Origin: Bacteroidia bacterium
GTDB taxonomy: Bacteria; Bacteroidota; Bacteroidia; JAIBAJ01
NCBI GenBank assembly: GCA_019695265.1
Contig: JAIBAJ010000004.1
Location: 402-64,401, forward strand
Direction of reading: 5' to 3'
DNA length: 64,000 bases
Positions within the stretch are counted from its first letter, which is position 1, and each line of letters begins with the position of its first letter. Both the position numbers and the translations under genes were made by a program. Shown piece after piece: positions 55,460 to 64,000 of the stretch. The notes beneath the pieces were generated by a model. It searched no databases and was not told the DNA's origin. It was given only the letters and a program-made list of their open reading frames with translations.

Positions 55460-56329
55460 ATGAAAAATACCTTCATTCTGCTTCTGCTTTCCATGTTTAT
55501 ATTGGAAGGCTTTTCTCAAAACAACCCTTCTCCAAGTTCGAAAAAAGTAAAGGTTTTGTCTTGGAACATTTACATGTTGCCGCGTAATATCAAGCGGACC
55601 GGCAAGATGTATCGTGCGCCCAAAATTGCTGAGGAAATAAAAAAGGAAGGATATGATGTATTGGTTTTTCAGGAAGCATTTCATGGAACAGCCAGGCAGA
55701 TTTTGTGGCGAAAGTTAAAAAAGGAATTTCCCTATAAGATTGGTCCCGGTAACCGCAAATGGTGGTGGGTTAAAGTTAATAGCGGGGTTTGGATATTAAG
55801 TAAAACTCCTTTGAAAAAGGTAGATGAAATACAATTTAGGGATTGTGATGGTTTTGTAGATTGTTTTGCCCGCAAGGGTGGACTTTTGGTAGAAACTACT
55901 GTACAAGGGCAAACCATTCAAATTATGGGGACTCACATGCAAGCAGGAGGAACCTACGATACAAAACGCAGCCAATTCAGGCAATTGGCAAAGGAGTTGC
56001 TGGAACCCAACAAAAAAGAGGGTGTTCCTCAGTTGTTGTGCGGCGATTTTAATATTCGGGAAGCTGATACCGTTTTGTATCCGGAATTGGTTTCTACATT
56101 GCAATGTGAAAATGGGCCGCTCTCAGGGCCTTACAAGTTTACAGCAGATGAAACGAACAACGACCTTAGGCCAAGCGGACAAAAGGTTATTGATTTTATT
56201 TTTTACAAGGGAAATGGAATGTTAGTAAATAGTGTAAAACGGTTTATACGGGTTTTTGAAAGTCCTTGGCATAAAGATCATAAAAGTTTGAGTGATCATC
56301 ATGCTGTTGAAGCTATTTTTGAATTTTAG
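55460..56329 (+). CDS. Secreted endonuclease/exonuclease/phosphatase-family protein (sphingomyelinase-C-like)
   Basis: Signal peptide present. VLSWNIYMLP, VLVFQEAF, GTHMQAG, LCGDFN and SDHHAV are EEP-fold catalytic blocks. Confidence 0.7.
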   Translation: MKNTFILLLLSMFILEGFSQNNPSPSSKKVKVLSWNIYMLPRNIKRTGKMYRAPKIAEEIKKEGYDVLVFQEAFHGTARQILWRKLKKEFPYKIGPGNRKWWWVKVNSGVWILSKTPLKKVDEIQFRDCDGFVDCFARKGGLLVETTVQGQTIQIMGTHMQAGGTYDTKRSQFRQLAKELLEPNKKEGVPQLLCGDFNIREADTVLYPELVSTLQCENGPLSGPYKFTADETNNDLRPSGQKVIDFIFYKGNGMLVNSVKRFIRVFESPWHKDHKSLSDHHAVEAIFEF

Positions 56330-56370
56330 GGAATGGTTGAATTATTAAACTGCTTATTCAAATTTGAAAG

Positions 56371-56886
56371 ATGAAACAATACTTAATCCAATTTTTACTC
56401 CTTTTAGTGGCCATTTCAGGGTATTCCCAAAGTGCAGAGAGTTTTTACAATCGTGGAAATGCCAAATATCAAAAAGAGGATTTTAGTGGGGCCATAGTGG
56501 AGTATAATGAAGCAATTCGCTTAAAACCTGAAAATGCCATGGCCTATTACAACCGCGCTAATGCTAAAGCAAGGTTAAATGATTTCCAGGGTGCATTAGA
56601 CGATTTAAATGAATCTATTAAACTGGAACCGATGTATGGTAATGCCTATTATAGCAGAGGATTGGCAAAGAAAGCTTTAAAGGATTATGCTGGGGCCATT
56701 GCTGATTACGACCAGGCCTTTAAGTTGCAACCAAAAAATGCCCAGGTTTTATACAATCGGGCAATTGCTAAATTTCATTTAAACGATCAAATGGGAGCCT
56801 GCACCGATTGGATAGAAGCGCGTAACATGGGTTTCCCGAATGCAGATGAAGATATTAAAAAGCATTGTCCAAAAAAAATGCGATAG
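56371..56886 (+). CDS. Tetratricopeptide repeat protein, secreted
   Basis: Four tandem units of the form AxxxYNRGNAKxxxxDxxGAIxDYxxAIxLxP. Confidence 0.8.
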   Translation: MKQYLIQFLLLLVAISGYSQSAESFYNRGNAKYQKEDFSGAIVEYNEAIRLKPENAMAYYNRANAKARLNDFQGALDDLNESIKLEPMYGNAYYSRGLAKKALKDYAGAIADYDQAFKLQPKNAQVLYNRAIAKFHLNDQMGACTDWIEARNMGFPNADEDIKKHCPKKMR

Positions 56887-57045
56887 TGCAGAATTGGTTG
56901 GACAATAAACTTTAGCACGGGGAATGGTACAGGTAAGAGAAGAGCCAGCTAATACCGGTTGTAAATTTTGTACTATTCTGATTTTGATGCACCATGGTAT
57001 GCCTATGTAGCTTTTGCATCGGCATATACCAATCCAAATGAAGGT

Positions 57046-58269
57046 TTATTGGATAATAAGTTCAATACGTTCATTGAAGCGCATAGCATCCAAATCCTGA
57101 TTACCTTTCTCATCTGTTTCCGGGAGAAGGGGAGCGGCAGATCCCAAACCAACCGGTTTGATTCGGTTTGGATCCATACCTAATTTAATGAGCCAATTGC
57201 TAAGTTCGGTGGCACGACCAAAGGAAAGGTTTTTGCGTGTTTCTTCACTTCCGATAGAAGAGGTATGAGCCTGAATGGTGAATTTTTTACCGGATTGAGA
57301 TTTTGCCAATTGATTCAGTTTTTCGAGTGCAAAGGTGCTTTGAGCTGCGATACGCTCTTTAAAAAACTCGAATCGAATGTTTTGAAAAGTAGCTTTGTTT
57401 TTAAACAATTGAATGGGGCGAATAAGTTTAGAAAACTCAGCTTGAATCGGAAAATCGACCAAGGCCCAAAAAGGTAGTAGGTTTGGACAAGTAAATTCGA
57501 TATGGTATGGTTTTCCGACGGGAAGGCTAAGCAGGTATTTACCGGTTTTACTATTGGAATTGAATTCACCGAATAGTTCACCGGTGCCGGAATCCCAAAC
57601 TTTTATTTCGGCTCGAATGGGGTTGCCGGTTTCGTCAATCACAGAGCCGGAGAAAAGAGTTACAGCGCCTGAGGGGCCTAAATCCTGGTTTGAAAAACTT
57701 ACCGGATCTTTTACCGGTTTGTTTTTTTGTGCCATGCAGGCTGCTATTCGTTCTTCAATGATTTTATCGAGATCGTAAATGATTGTTTTTTCAGCGGTGT
57801 AAGGTTGTCTTTCTGTGCTAAAGATAGAATAGGCCCAGGTTGAAATTTTCTTTTGTTTGAGTTGTGCTGAGGAAAGTGTGTTTTTGTATTCCCTGTATTT
57901 GCTAATGGCTAATTTGGTTTCACCACCCAGTTCATAGGCTCGAGCCAGCATAAATTCAAGGTCGTCATCGAGGTTAGGGGAATAGTCGAAGCAGCGTTTT
58001 AGGTAAGGAATGGCCTTAACTGCTTCGGCAGAATCGAGGTGGAGGTAGCAAATGCCAATTTTTAGGAGAAGAGAGTTATCGTCTCTTTTCTTTTTTTCGG
58101 CTTCCTGGAAGAAGTACAGGGCTGCGGAAAAGTCGGGAGGTGACTTTTTCATTTGAAAGTCTCCCTTTTCGATGAGTTGTTCTGGTTTATCCTGAGCAAG
58201 TAGGCAAGCAGGGTGGAGTAAGAGTAGAAACCCCGCAAGCAGAAAAAGGATATGTAATTTGGCTTTCAA
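57046..58269 (-). CDS. TPR/OmpA-family outer-membrane-associated protein
   Basis: N-terminal TPR-like region. The C-terminal OmpA-like domain ends in ...AMRFNERIELIIQ. TTG start (only CTG/TTG are available before the upstream in-frame stop). Confidence 0.7.
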   Translation of the reverse strand: MKAKLHILFLLAGFLLLLHPACLLAQDKPEQLIEKGDFQMKKSPPDFSAALYFFQEAEKKKRDDNSLLLKIGICYLHLDSAEAVKAIPYLKRCFDYSPNLDDDLEFMLARAYELGGETKLAISKYREYKNTLSSAQLKQKKISTWAYSIFSTERQPYTAEKTIIYDLDKIIEERIAACMAQKNKPVKDPVSFSNQDLGPSGAVTLFSGSVIDETGNPIRAEIKVWDSGTGELFGEFNSNSKTGKYLLSLPVGKPYHIEFTCPNLLPFWALVDFPIQAEFSKLIRPIQLFKNKATFQNIRFEFFKERIAAQSTFALEKLNQLAKSQSGKKFTIQAHTSSIGSEETRKNLSFGRATELSNWLIKLGMDPNRIKPVGLGSAAPLLPETDEKGNQDLDAMRFNERIELIIQ

Positions 58270-58280
58270 CAGCTTTTTCC

Positions 58281-60269
58281 TTAGTTTTTAAGGATTTCGA
58301 ACTCAATTCGGCGGTTTAGTGCCATGCCTTCCGGGTTTTCGCTTCCGTCTTTGTTTTTGTTGGAAGCAACCGGCATAGATTCACCAAAACCAACTGCTTT
58401 GAGGCGATCGGCGGCAATTCCTCTTTTGACAAGGGCTTGTAGAACCGATTCGGCTCGTTTTTGAGAAAGGGTTTTGTTGTACGCTTCTTCTCCTTTATCG
58501 TCGGTATAGCCGTTGATTTGTATTTGTACTTCGGGGAAGGCTTTTAAGAATTGGGCCAGACGGTTTAATTCGTTTAGTGATTCCTGGCGAAGTTCGTATT
58601 TGTCAGAGTCGAAGAAGAGGTTGTTAAGGGCAATTCGGGTTCCTGGTTTAGCCTTTTTAAGTTCGATGGCTTTTTCTACTTTTCGGAAGTCTTTGGCTGG
58701 TTCGATCAGGAAGTTTTCGGTATGGAAGAGGTAATCGTCTTTAATTACGGCAATGCCATAGTTTTTACCGGAAGGTAGGGAAACCACATATTTACCTGTT
58801 TTGCTGTTGGAAACCAATTCGGCTACTACTTCATTTTTTTCATTATCGATAATTTGGATTCCGGCTTCGGTTGGTGCTTTGGATTTTTCGTCGGTGATGG
58901 AACCGGTAACCAGGGTAAGCGGGCTGAACGGTTGGTCTTTTTTATTGTTTTTGGGGATGCTAACGCTGTAAATGTCATAATCACCCATACCGCCCGGACG
59001 TGCAGAGGAGAAGTACCCTGTTTCACCGCTGGCCGAAAGCACAAAGAAAATATCGTCATCGGGGGTATTGATTGGTGAACCCATATTAACGGGTTGGCTC
59101 CATTTTCCATCTTTGAAAACTGCTTTAAAAATGTCGTAACCGCCCATGGAATTATGTCCGTTGGAGCTGAAATACAAGGTTTTGCCATCGGGGTGGAAGA
59201 ATAGACCATCTTCATCATAGGCTGTATTTATTTCGGGACCCAGGTTTTGTGCCGGACCCCAATTGCCTTTTTCATCTTTTTTAGACCAGTAGATATCTCT
59301 GCCGCCCAGGCCTCCGTTTCCGTCCCGGGTAAAGAACAGGGTTCGTTCGTCGGCGCTCAGAGAGATGGAGTGTTCCGTTGCGGAGGAATTAATATTTTCG
59401 TTGAGTTTAACCGGTTTGGTCCATTGGTCACCATCCAGACGGCTTTGGTAGATATCGCCGTTGAGGAAGAGGAAAATGGTTTGGCCATCGGCTGATAATC
59501 CCAGGGCTGCATCGTGCTTTTTGGTATTTAAGGGAGCTCCCACATTGGAAGCTTCGGTCCATTGGTTGTTAATGTTGTAGGAACGGTAGATGTCTTCAAA
59601 AGGCAGTTCGTCGAATGGGTCTAAACCACCGGAGGAATTTCGGCGGGAGGTGAAATAGAGTTCTGATTCATCGGCTGAGATAATGGGAGCATAATCCGGT
59701 TTGTCGGAGTTAAGTTTAGCTCCCAGGCTTTGGATTTTAACCTGTACCGGATGTTTAAGCAATTCGATACCGTTTCTACATTCCTGAATGCGTTTATCCA
59801 TTATTTTGGAAGGGTTGCTAATGCTCATTTCTCCATTGACATCGGGAGGAGTATTGACCATGAGGGTTCCGATGGTATTGTCGAGTTTAATGGAAGAGGT
59901 TTTTTTGGAATCCAGGTAGTTTTTGTAGGCAATGTATTGTTCAATTGCTTTATCGAATTGTTGATTAAGGTGATAAGCTCTGGCAAGCAGGAAACTACGT
60001 TCGGTGGATTGGGTAGTGGCCGATTTTTCGAGGTATTTTAGGGCTTTGGGTTTTTCGGAGGAATGTAAATAAGCGATTCCCAACAAAAAATTAGCTTCAC
60101 TATTTGCCGGAGAAGCAGCTATTTCTTTCTGAAGCAGTTCAATTGCTTTTTTGTTTTGACCTGGTTCGTCGTTTAGGAGGTGTTTTACCTCGTCGAGGGA
60201 CGATTGAGCAGAAGAAAGTAAGCTGGAGGTAGCAATAAAAAAGAGGAAGATGGTTGCCTTTTTTACCAT
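58281..60269 (-). CDS. TPR + TolB-like beta-propeller (PD40) + OmpA C-terminal domain protein
   Basis: PD40-like repeats (ELYFTSRR, TLFFTRDG, TLYFSSNG, GYFSSAR). OmpA block INGYTDDKGEEAYNKTLSQKRAESV...NRRIEFEI. Confidence 0.8.
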   Translation of the reverse strand: MVKKATIFLFFIATSSLLSSAQSSLDEVKHLLNDEPGQNKKAIELLQKEIAASPANSEANFLLGIAYLHSSEKPKALKYLEKSATTQSTERSFLLARAYHLNQQFDKAIEQYIAYKNYLDSKKTSSIKLDNTIGTLMVNTPPDVNGEMSISNPSKIMDKRIQECRNGIELLKHPVQVKIQSLGAKLNSDKPDYAPIISADESELYFTSRRNSSGGLDPFDELPFEDIYRSYNINNQWTEASNVGAPLNTKKHDAALGLSADGQTIFLFLNGDIYQSRLDGDQWTKPVKLNENINSSATEHSISLSADERTLFFTRDGNGGLGGRDIYWSKKDEKGNWGPAQNLGPEINTAYDEDGLFFHPDGKTLYFSSNGHNSMGGYDIFKAVFKDGKWSQPVNMGSPINTPDDDIFFVLSASGETGYFSSARPGGMGDYDIYSVSIPKNNKKDQPFSPLTLVTGSITDEKSKAPTEAGIQIIDNEKNEVVAELVSNSKTGKYVVSLPSGKNYGIAVIKDDYLFHTENFLIEPAKDFRKVEKAIELKKAKPGTRIALNNLFFDSDKYELRQESLNELNRLAQFLKAFPEVQIQINGYTDDKGEEAYNKTLSQKRAESVLQALVKRGIAADRLKAVGFGESMPVASNKNKDGSENPEGMALNRRIEFEILKN

Positions 60270-60354
60270 GATTTTAAGTATGTAGGTATTTTTTAACGAC
60301 TGCCTTGGTAAAAAGGTTCGATTGGAAATGTGAAGGTAGATTGGGCTTGCACCC

Positions 60355-60508
60355 CGGGCAACGATAGAGCCAAGTAGCCCACAGGAGCCCGGCGCCCGAA
60401 TTTATTCGGGGCGGTGGGCGACGAGGACTACAGGCGATAGCGTGACCTGAACGCCTTGCACCAGGTTTAGGTAAAGATCAAAAGCCGCTTGGCGTGAAGG
60501 GGCCCGCC
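60355..60508 (-). repeat. GC-rich structured intergenic element, copy II-5 (type II)
   Basis: The plus strand reads CGGGCAACGATAGAGCCAAGTAGCCCACAGGAGCCC...GGGCGACGAGGACTACAGGCGATAGCGTGACCTGAACGCC...GGCGTGAAGGGGCCCGCC. Lies upstream of, and co-oriented with, the minus-strand OmpA gene. Confidence 0.9.
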
Positions 60509-60572
60509 AAATAAAACAACTCCCACCAACATTGGCAATAAATAACCACCTTTGTCGCAGAATTTTAAACAC

Positions 60573-61754
60573 ATGAGTTCAAGTTTTCTAACCCATCTTC
60601 AAAACGAATTACAATCGATTGAAACGGCAGGATTATTTAAAAGGGAGCGAATTATTACCGGTCCGCAAGGTGCTGATATTCAAATTAGTACAGGGCAAGA
60701 GGTAATAAATTTTTGTGCTAATAATTACCTTGGATTATCGTCTCATCCAAAAGTGTTGGAGGCCGCAGCAAAGACCCTTGAAACCCATGGTTATGGCATG
60801 AGTAGTGTTCGATTTATTTGCGGTACACAAGACATTCATAAAGAGTTGGAGGAAAAAATTTCTGACTTTTTGGGTTTGGAAGATACCATTTTGTATGCGG
60901 CAGCTTTTGATGCCAATGGAGGTGTTTTTGAACCTCTGTTTGGTGAGGAGGATGCCATTATAAGTGATGAGTTAAACCATGCCAGTATTATTGATGGAGT
61001 AAGGCTTTGTAAGGCTAAACGTTACCGATATAAAAACAATGATATGAACGATTTGGAAGCCCAACTTAAAGCGGCAGATGGAGCTCGTTTTAAAATTGTG
61101 GTTACCGACGGGGTATTTAGCATGGATGGATATATTGCTCAATTGGATAAAATAAGGGCTTTGGCCGATCGATACGGGGCTTTGGTGATGACAGATGAAT
61201 GTCATGCCCTGGGCTTTTTGGGTTCTACCGGACGAGGAACCCCGGAGCATTGTGGGGTACATGGTAAAATTGATATTGTTACCGGTACCTTAGGTAAGGC
61301 TTTGGGAGGAGCCATGGGAGGTTTTACTTCGGGTAAGAAAGAAGTTATAGCTTTATTGCGTCAGCGCAGTCGTCCATATTTATTTTCCAATTCTTTGGCA
61401 CCAGCCATAGTTGGAGCCAGCATTGCCGTGATGGATATGTTAAATGAAACTACGGCATTACGTGATAAAGTGATGGAAAACGCTTTGTATTTTAGAAAGG
61501 GAATGACGGAAGCAGGATTTGATATTAAGCCCGGAATTCATCCCATTACCCCGGTGATGTTATACGATGCCAAATTGGCTCAATCTTTTGCCGAAAAATT
61601 GTTGGCTGAAGGCATCTATGTCATTGGATTCTTTTATCCGGTGGTGCCGAAGGAGCAGGCCAGAATTCGGGTTCAGGTATCGGCAGCGCATGAAAAACAT
61701 CACCTGGATAAAGCCATTGCAGCATTTACTAAAGTTGGAAAGGAATTGTTATAA
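60573..61754 (+). CDS. kbl: Glycine C-acetyltransferase (2-amino-3-ketobutyrate CoA ligase)
   Basis: [25 protein letters not shown] and TLGKALGG (PLP Lys). I chose the ATG at 60573 over the TTG at 60552. Confidence 0.9.
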   Translation: MSSSFLTHLQNELQSIETAGLFKRERIITGPQGADIQISTGQEVINFCANNYLGLSSHPKVLEAAAKTLETHGYGMSSVRFICGTQDIHKELEEKISDFLGLEDTILYAAAFDANGGVFEPLFGEEDAIISDELNHASIIDGVRLCKAKRYRYKNNDMNDLEAQLKAADGARFKIVVTDGVFSMDGYIAQLDKIRALADRYGALVMTDECHALGFLGSTGRGTPEHCGVHGKIDIVTGTLGKALGGAMGGFTSGKKEVIALLRQRSRPYLFSNSLAPAIVGASIAVMDMLNETTALRDKVMENALYFRKGMTEAGFDIKPGIHPITPVMLYDAKLAQSFAEKLLAEGIYVIGFFYPVVPKEQARIRVQVSAAHEKHHLDKAIAAFTKVGKELL

Positions 61755-62336
61755 ATGAAAGTTACCTCAGCCCAATTTATTTCCAGTGTAGCTTCTTTAT
61801 CAGCTTGTCCTAAAACCGGTTTTAAAGAATATGCGTTTATTGGACGAAGCAATGTGGGGAAATCCTCTCTCATTAATGCTTTGCTCAACCGGAAAGACTT
61901 GGCTAAAACCAGTTCAAGACCGGGAAAAACTCAAACCATAAACCACTTTTTGGTAAATGAGGCCTTTTACCTGGTCGATTTGCCCGGTTATGGCTATGCT
62001 AAAGTGAGGATTGAAAGCCAAAACAAATGGGAGAAGTTTGTGAACGATTATATTTTGAAAAGGGAAGAAATGGTGCAGTTGTTTGTATTGGTTGATAGCA
62101 ATATTCCCCCACAAAAAATTGATTTAGAGTTTATAAACTTCCTGGGAATTAATTCGGTACCCTTTTCGATAGTGCTCACAAAAACCGATCGGATCAGCAA
62201 GACAGAATTGGTGAAAAGTCAGGTAGCTTTGGAGAAAAAGCTTTTGGAATATTGGGAAGAATTGCCGGTGATAACCAAGGTGTCGTCGGAAAAAAGAATA
62301 GGATTGGATTTGATTTGGGAGCGTATGCAGGCTTAA
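61755..62336 (+). CDS. engB: Ribosome biogenesis GTP-binding protein YihA/YsxC
   Basis: GRSNVGKSSLINAL (G1), DLPGYGYA (G3) and LTKTDR (G4). Confidence 0.9.
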   Translation: MKVTSAQFISSVASLSACPKTGFKEYAFIGRSNVGKSSLINALLNRKDLAKTSSRPGKTQTINHFLVNEAFYLVDLPGYGYAKVRIESQNKWEKFVNDYILKREEMVQLFVLVDSNIPPQKIDLEFINFLGINSVPFSIVLTKTDRISKTELVKSQVALEKKLLEYWEELPVITKVSSEKRIGLDLIWERMQA

Positions 62337-63424
62337 TCCACCGGATTGACGGACACTGTAGGTATTTGCCCTTGTTCCAGCAAGGCATTGACATGGTCAA
62401 TAAATTCCATTTTTCCTTGCAGGGAAGTGGCTAAGGTATAAACCGATAAAAAGTTTTTTGCTAAACCTTTCTTTTTCAGGTGCAATTCCAGGGGAAGGGA
62501 AAAGTTCATTGGGTTTGAAAACGACACATCCATGTCGGGCGATTGTTCTTTTACTACTCCCGGTGCAACCAGGAAACGTTTGGCAGTTGTATCCTGGGTA
62601 CACGTTTCATTTTTAAGCACATCGCGGTTAAGTGAGTTGCAGAGCCTATGTGGAATGGTGGTAATACCAATTTTATTCAACTGTGAGTGTTGAGCCAATT
62701 TGTACAAGGTAATAAAATCAATAGGTTTGGAGGGTTTGGAGGTGGTAGAATAATAACGGGCCAGTTGAGGTTCGAGTAAATAGATTTGATTGTTTAGCAA
62801 AATTATGGGAGCTGAGTGAACCGGATTAACCTCTCCTTTGTCATCGTAAAAGGAAAAGGAAAGGATGCCCGATTCAAAGCCCAATTCCTGGAGAAGGGTG
62901 GTGGTAAAATCGGCAAATCCACCGCAATTGGCCGAAGTTTTATCGCGTTGAAAAGCTAACAGTTTGTCTTTTGCAGAAGTAAATGAAAAGCTAAGTCCTT
63001 CGTTGTAATCGCCTTCGTTAACATGTTCATATACAAAACTTAATACCATTTCCAGTTGTTTCCAGGTATCAGTTGTAGTTTTTATTTTGTTCACAAACTG
63101 TTCATATTCCTGTTGTATTTCCTGCGATGATTTATTCTTATAAGGTAGGAATTTGCCTTTGTAATACTGGATAGAATCCAGTTTTTTCAATTGATATGCC
63201 TGGTTTTCGGGCGACATTGTTTGGGCAAGCTCGAGCAGAAGAATTTTGGATTGATATTCTGCCAGTTTACAGCAGGTATCGCTTTTTACAATGGAAAGGA
63301 TTGAATCGCGATTGATTTTCAAACCGGTTTGGGCGAGGGTGTTAAAATTAAGTCCGGCGAATACCCAGGTCAATAGTGGAACAAGAAGGGAGAGAGAAGT
63401 TTTCACGTGTGCAATAATATTCAA
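62333..63424 (-). CDS. Secreted hypothetical protein, possibly transglutaminase-like cysteine peptidase fold
   Basis: ANCGGFADFTTTLLQELGF...VHSAPIILL...LLEP resembles the Cys/His/acid arrangement of transglutaminase-like domains. TTG start (alternative GTG six codons in). Confidence 0.4.
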   Translation of the reverse strand: MNIIAHVKTSLSLLVPLLTWVFAGLNFNTLAQTGLKINRDSILSIVKSDTCCKLAEYQSKILLLELAQTMSPENQAYQLKKLDSIQYYKGKFLPYKNKSSQEIQQEYEQFVNKIKTTTDTWKQLEMVLSFVYEHVNEGDYNEGLSFSFTSAKDKLLAFQRDKTSANCGGFADFTTTLLQELGFESGILSFSFYDDKGEVNPVHSAPIILLNNQIYLLEPQLARYYSTTSKPSKPIDFITLYKLAQHSQLNKIGITTIPHRLCNSLNRDVLKNETCTQDTTAKRFLVAPGVVKEQSPDMDVSFSNPMNFSLPLELHLKKKGLAKNFLSVYTLATSLQGKMEFIDHVNALLEQGQIPTVSVNPVD

Positions 63425-63525
63425 AGATACTATTCGAAGTTTATTTTTATATCCGTGGAATGGATTCCGTAGTCAATTGATTCGCAAATAGTTGCCAAGT
63501 CGGTTGTTAAAAAAATGTATTATTG

Positions 63526-63660
63526 GGCGGGCCCATCGCAGAAGTGGAGTGTTTCAAAAGAGCAGAAGCAAGGCGAATGGCCGGGCTATCGCCTGTACTC
63601 CTCGTCGCCCTTGGCTAGCGCCGCGGGCTCCTGTGGGGTACCTGGCTCTATCCCTGCCCG
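63526..63660 (+). repeat. GC-rich structured intergenic element, copy I-4 (type I)
   Basis: GGCGGGCCCATCGC...GCGAATGGCCGGGCTATCGCCTGTACTCCTCGTCGCCC...GGGCTCCTGTGGGGTACCTGGCTCTATCCCTGCCCG. I counted 87 G+C in 135 nt. Lies upstream of, and co-oriented with, the gene starting at 63904. Confidence 0.9.
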
Positions 63661-63903
63661 ACGCTACTACAGTCATTTGGGGTTAATTTAGTTGGGCAAG
63701 AAGCCAGAATGAAGGTTTAGCAGGTTGAAGTGCAAGAAAAGAGAAAAGCAGGAGTTATGAACAGGAATAACTAGTTTTTTGGCTTGTATTTTGGCAAAAA
63801 TGCCCTTTATCTGTAAAAATAGTTAAGCCTGGTTTGGGAGCTGGAATACATTGATTGGAAATTATTTCCTTTGTTGACATTATAGTTTTATATATTATTT
63901 TTT

Positions 63904-64000
63904 ATGTTAGTTAAGACGTATGGAAGCACCGTTCATGGTGTAAATGCCACCACTATAACTGTGGAAGTAAACATAGCCGACGGGGTTAATTTCTCCTTGG
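63904..64000 (+). CDS. YifB/ComM-family Mg-chelatase-like AAA ATPase, N-terminal fragment (runs off the window)
   Basis: MLVKTYGSTVHGVNATTITVEVNIADGVNFSL matches the conserved N-terminus of this family. It is not in the ORF track because it is truncated. Confidence 0.65.
   Translation, partial: MLVKTYGSTVHGVNATTITVEVNIADGVNFSL

Noticed and set aside
9860-63660. The nine repeats as a CRISPR array, integron attC sites or tRNA-like genes
   Set aside because: The repeats are 135-155 nt long, kilobases apart, in both orientations and separated by ordinary genes, so they are not a CRISPR array. They lack the RYYYAAC/GTTRRRY cores of attC. They have no cloverleaf or T-loop GTTCRAnYC motif.
63492-63686. 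Short ORFs overlapping the GC-rich elements (63492..63686+, 11085..11423-, 11198..11431-, 22750..23025+) share peptide fragments such as PVGY(L/H)ALSLP. The type I versus type II difference TCC-CTG versus TCG-TTG is even synonymous in that frame, which hints at a conserved micro-protein.
   Set aside because: The reading frame is not preserved across copies. The distance between the CCTCGT and CCTGTG blocks is 30, 30, 30 and 42 nt in some copies but 31 and 41 nt in others. Copy I-3 has an in-frame TAA (CCT GTG GGG TAA). There is no conserved start codon. The same substitutions are explained better by base-pair covariation (GGG/CCC versus ACG/CGT).
1-64000. Transposases, integrases, toxin-antitoxin pairs, restriction-modification genes or known defence systems
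   Set aside because: None of the ORF translations show the hallmark motifs (DDE, tyrosine recombinase RHRY, PIN/HEPN, methyltransferase DPPY/NPPY, large ATPase-nuclease architectures). The window reads as core chromosome plus surface-protein genes.

Overview
This is AT-rich chromosomal DNA from a member of the Bacteroidota. Three things support that: many secreted proteins end in T9SS type A or type B C-terminal sorting domains, TAnnTTTG -7 promoter boxes sit just upstream of genes, and there are no Shine-Dalgarno sites. I could not assign a genus. The window is densely coding, with about 55 genes. Housekeeping genes include nupC, acpS, fumC, SRP RNA, arfB, gpsA, nadC, rsmA, ribH, kbl and engB. 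They are interleaved with cell-surface and secreted genes: an S8 peptidase, a lectin/PKD adhesin, two FG-GAP/VCBS giants each paired with a PAP2/vanadium-haloperoxidase-like protein, OmpA/TPR proteins, and a TonB-dependent receptor. I found no tRNA, rRNA, CRISPR array, transposase, integrase or prophage block.

The most unusual content is non-coding. Nine copies of a roughly 135-155 nt GC-rich element lie in intergenic gaps, about one per 7 kb, on both strands. Compensatory base changes between copies support a conserved two-arm fold. The copies fall into two subtypes separated by a paired double substitution. At two loci a type I and a type II copy sit head to head, and at a third locus they flank a whole gene. 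I cannot match this element to any RNA or repeat family I know. It needs a covariance-model and database search before it can be called novel.

Secondary observations:
- a signal-less GH24 lysozyme in an operon with a large multi-pass membrane protein
- tandem reeler-like T9SS cargo proteins with a CX4CH motif
- a CX3CH cytochrome-c-like lipoprotein next to a beta-barrel protein
- a 25-bp hairpin overlapping the acpS 3' end
- -7 promoter boxes that abut start codons
- frequent TTG start codons
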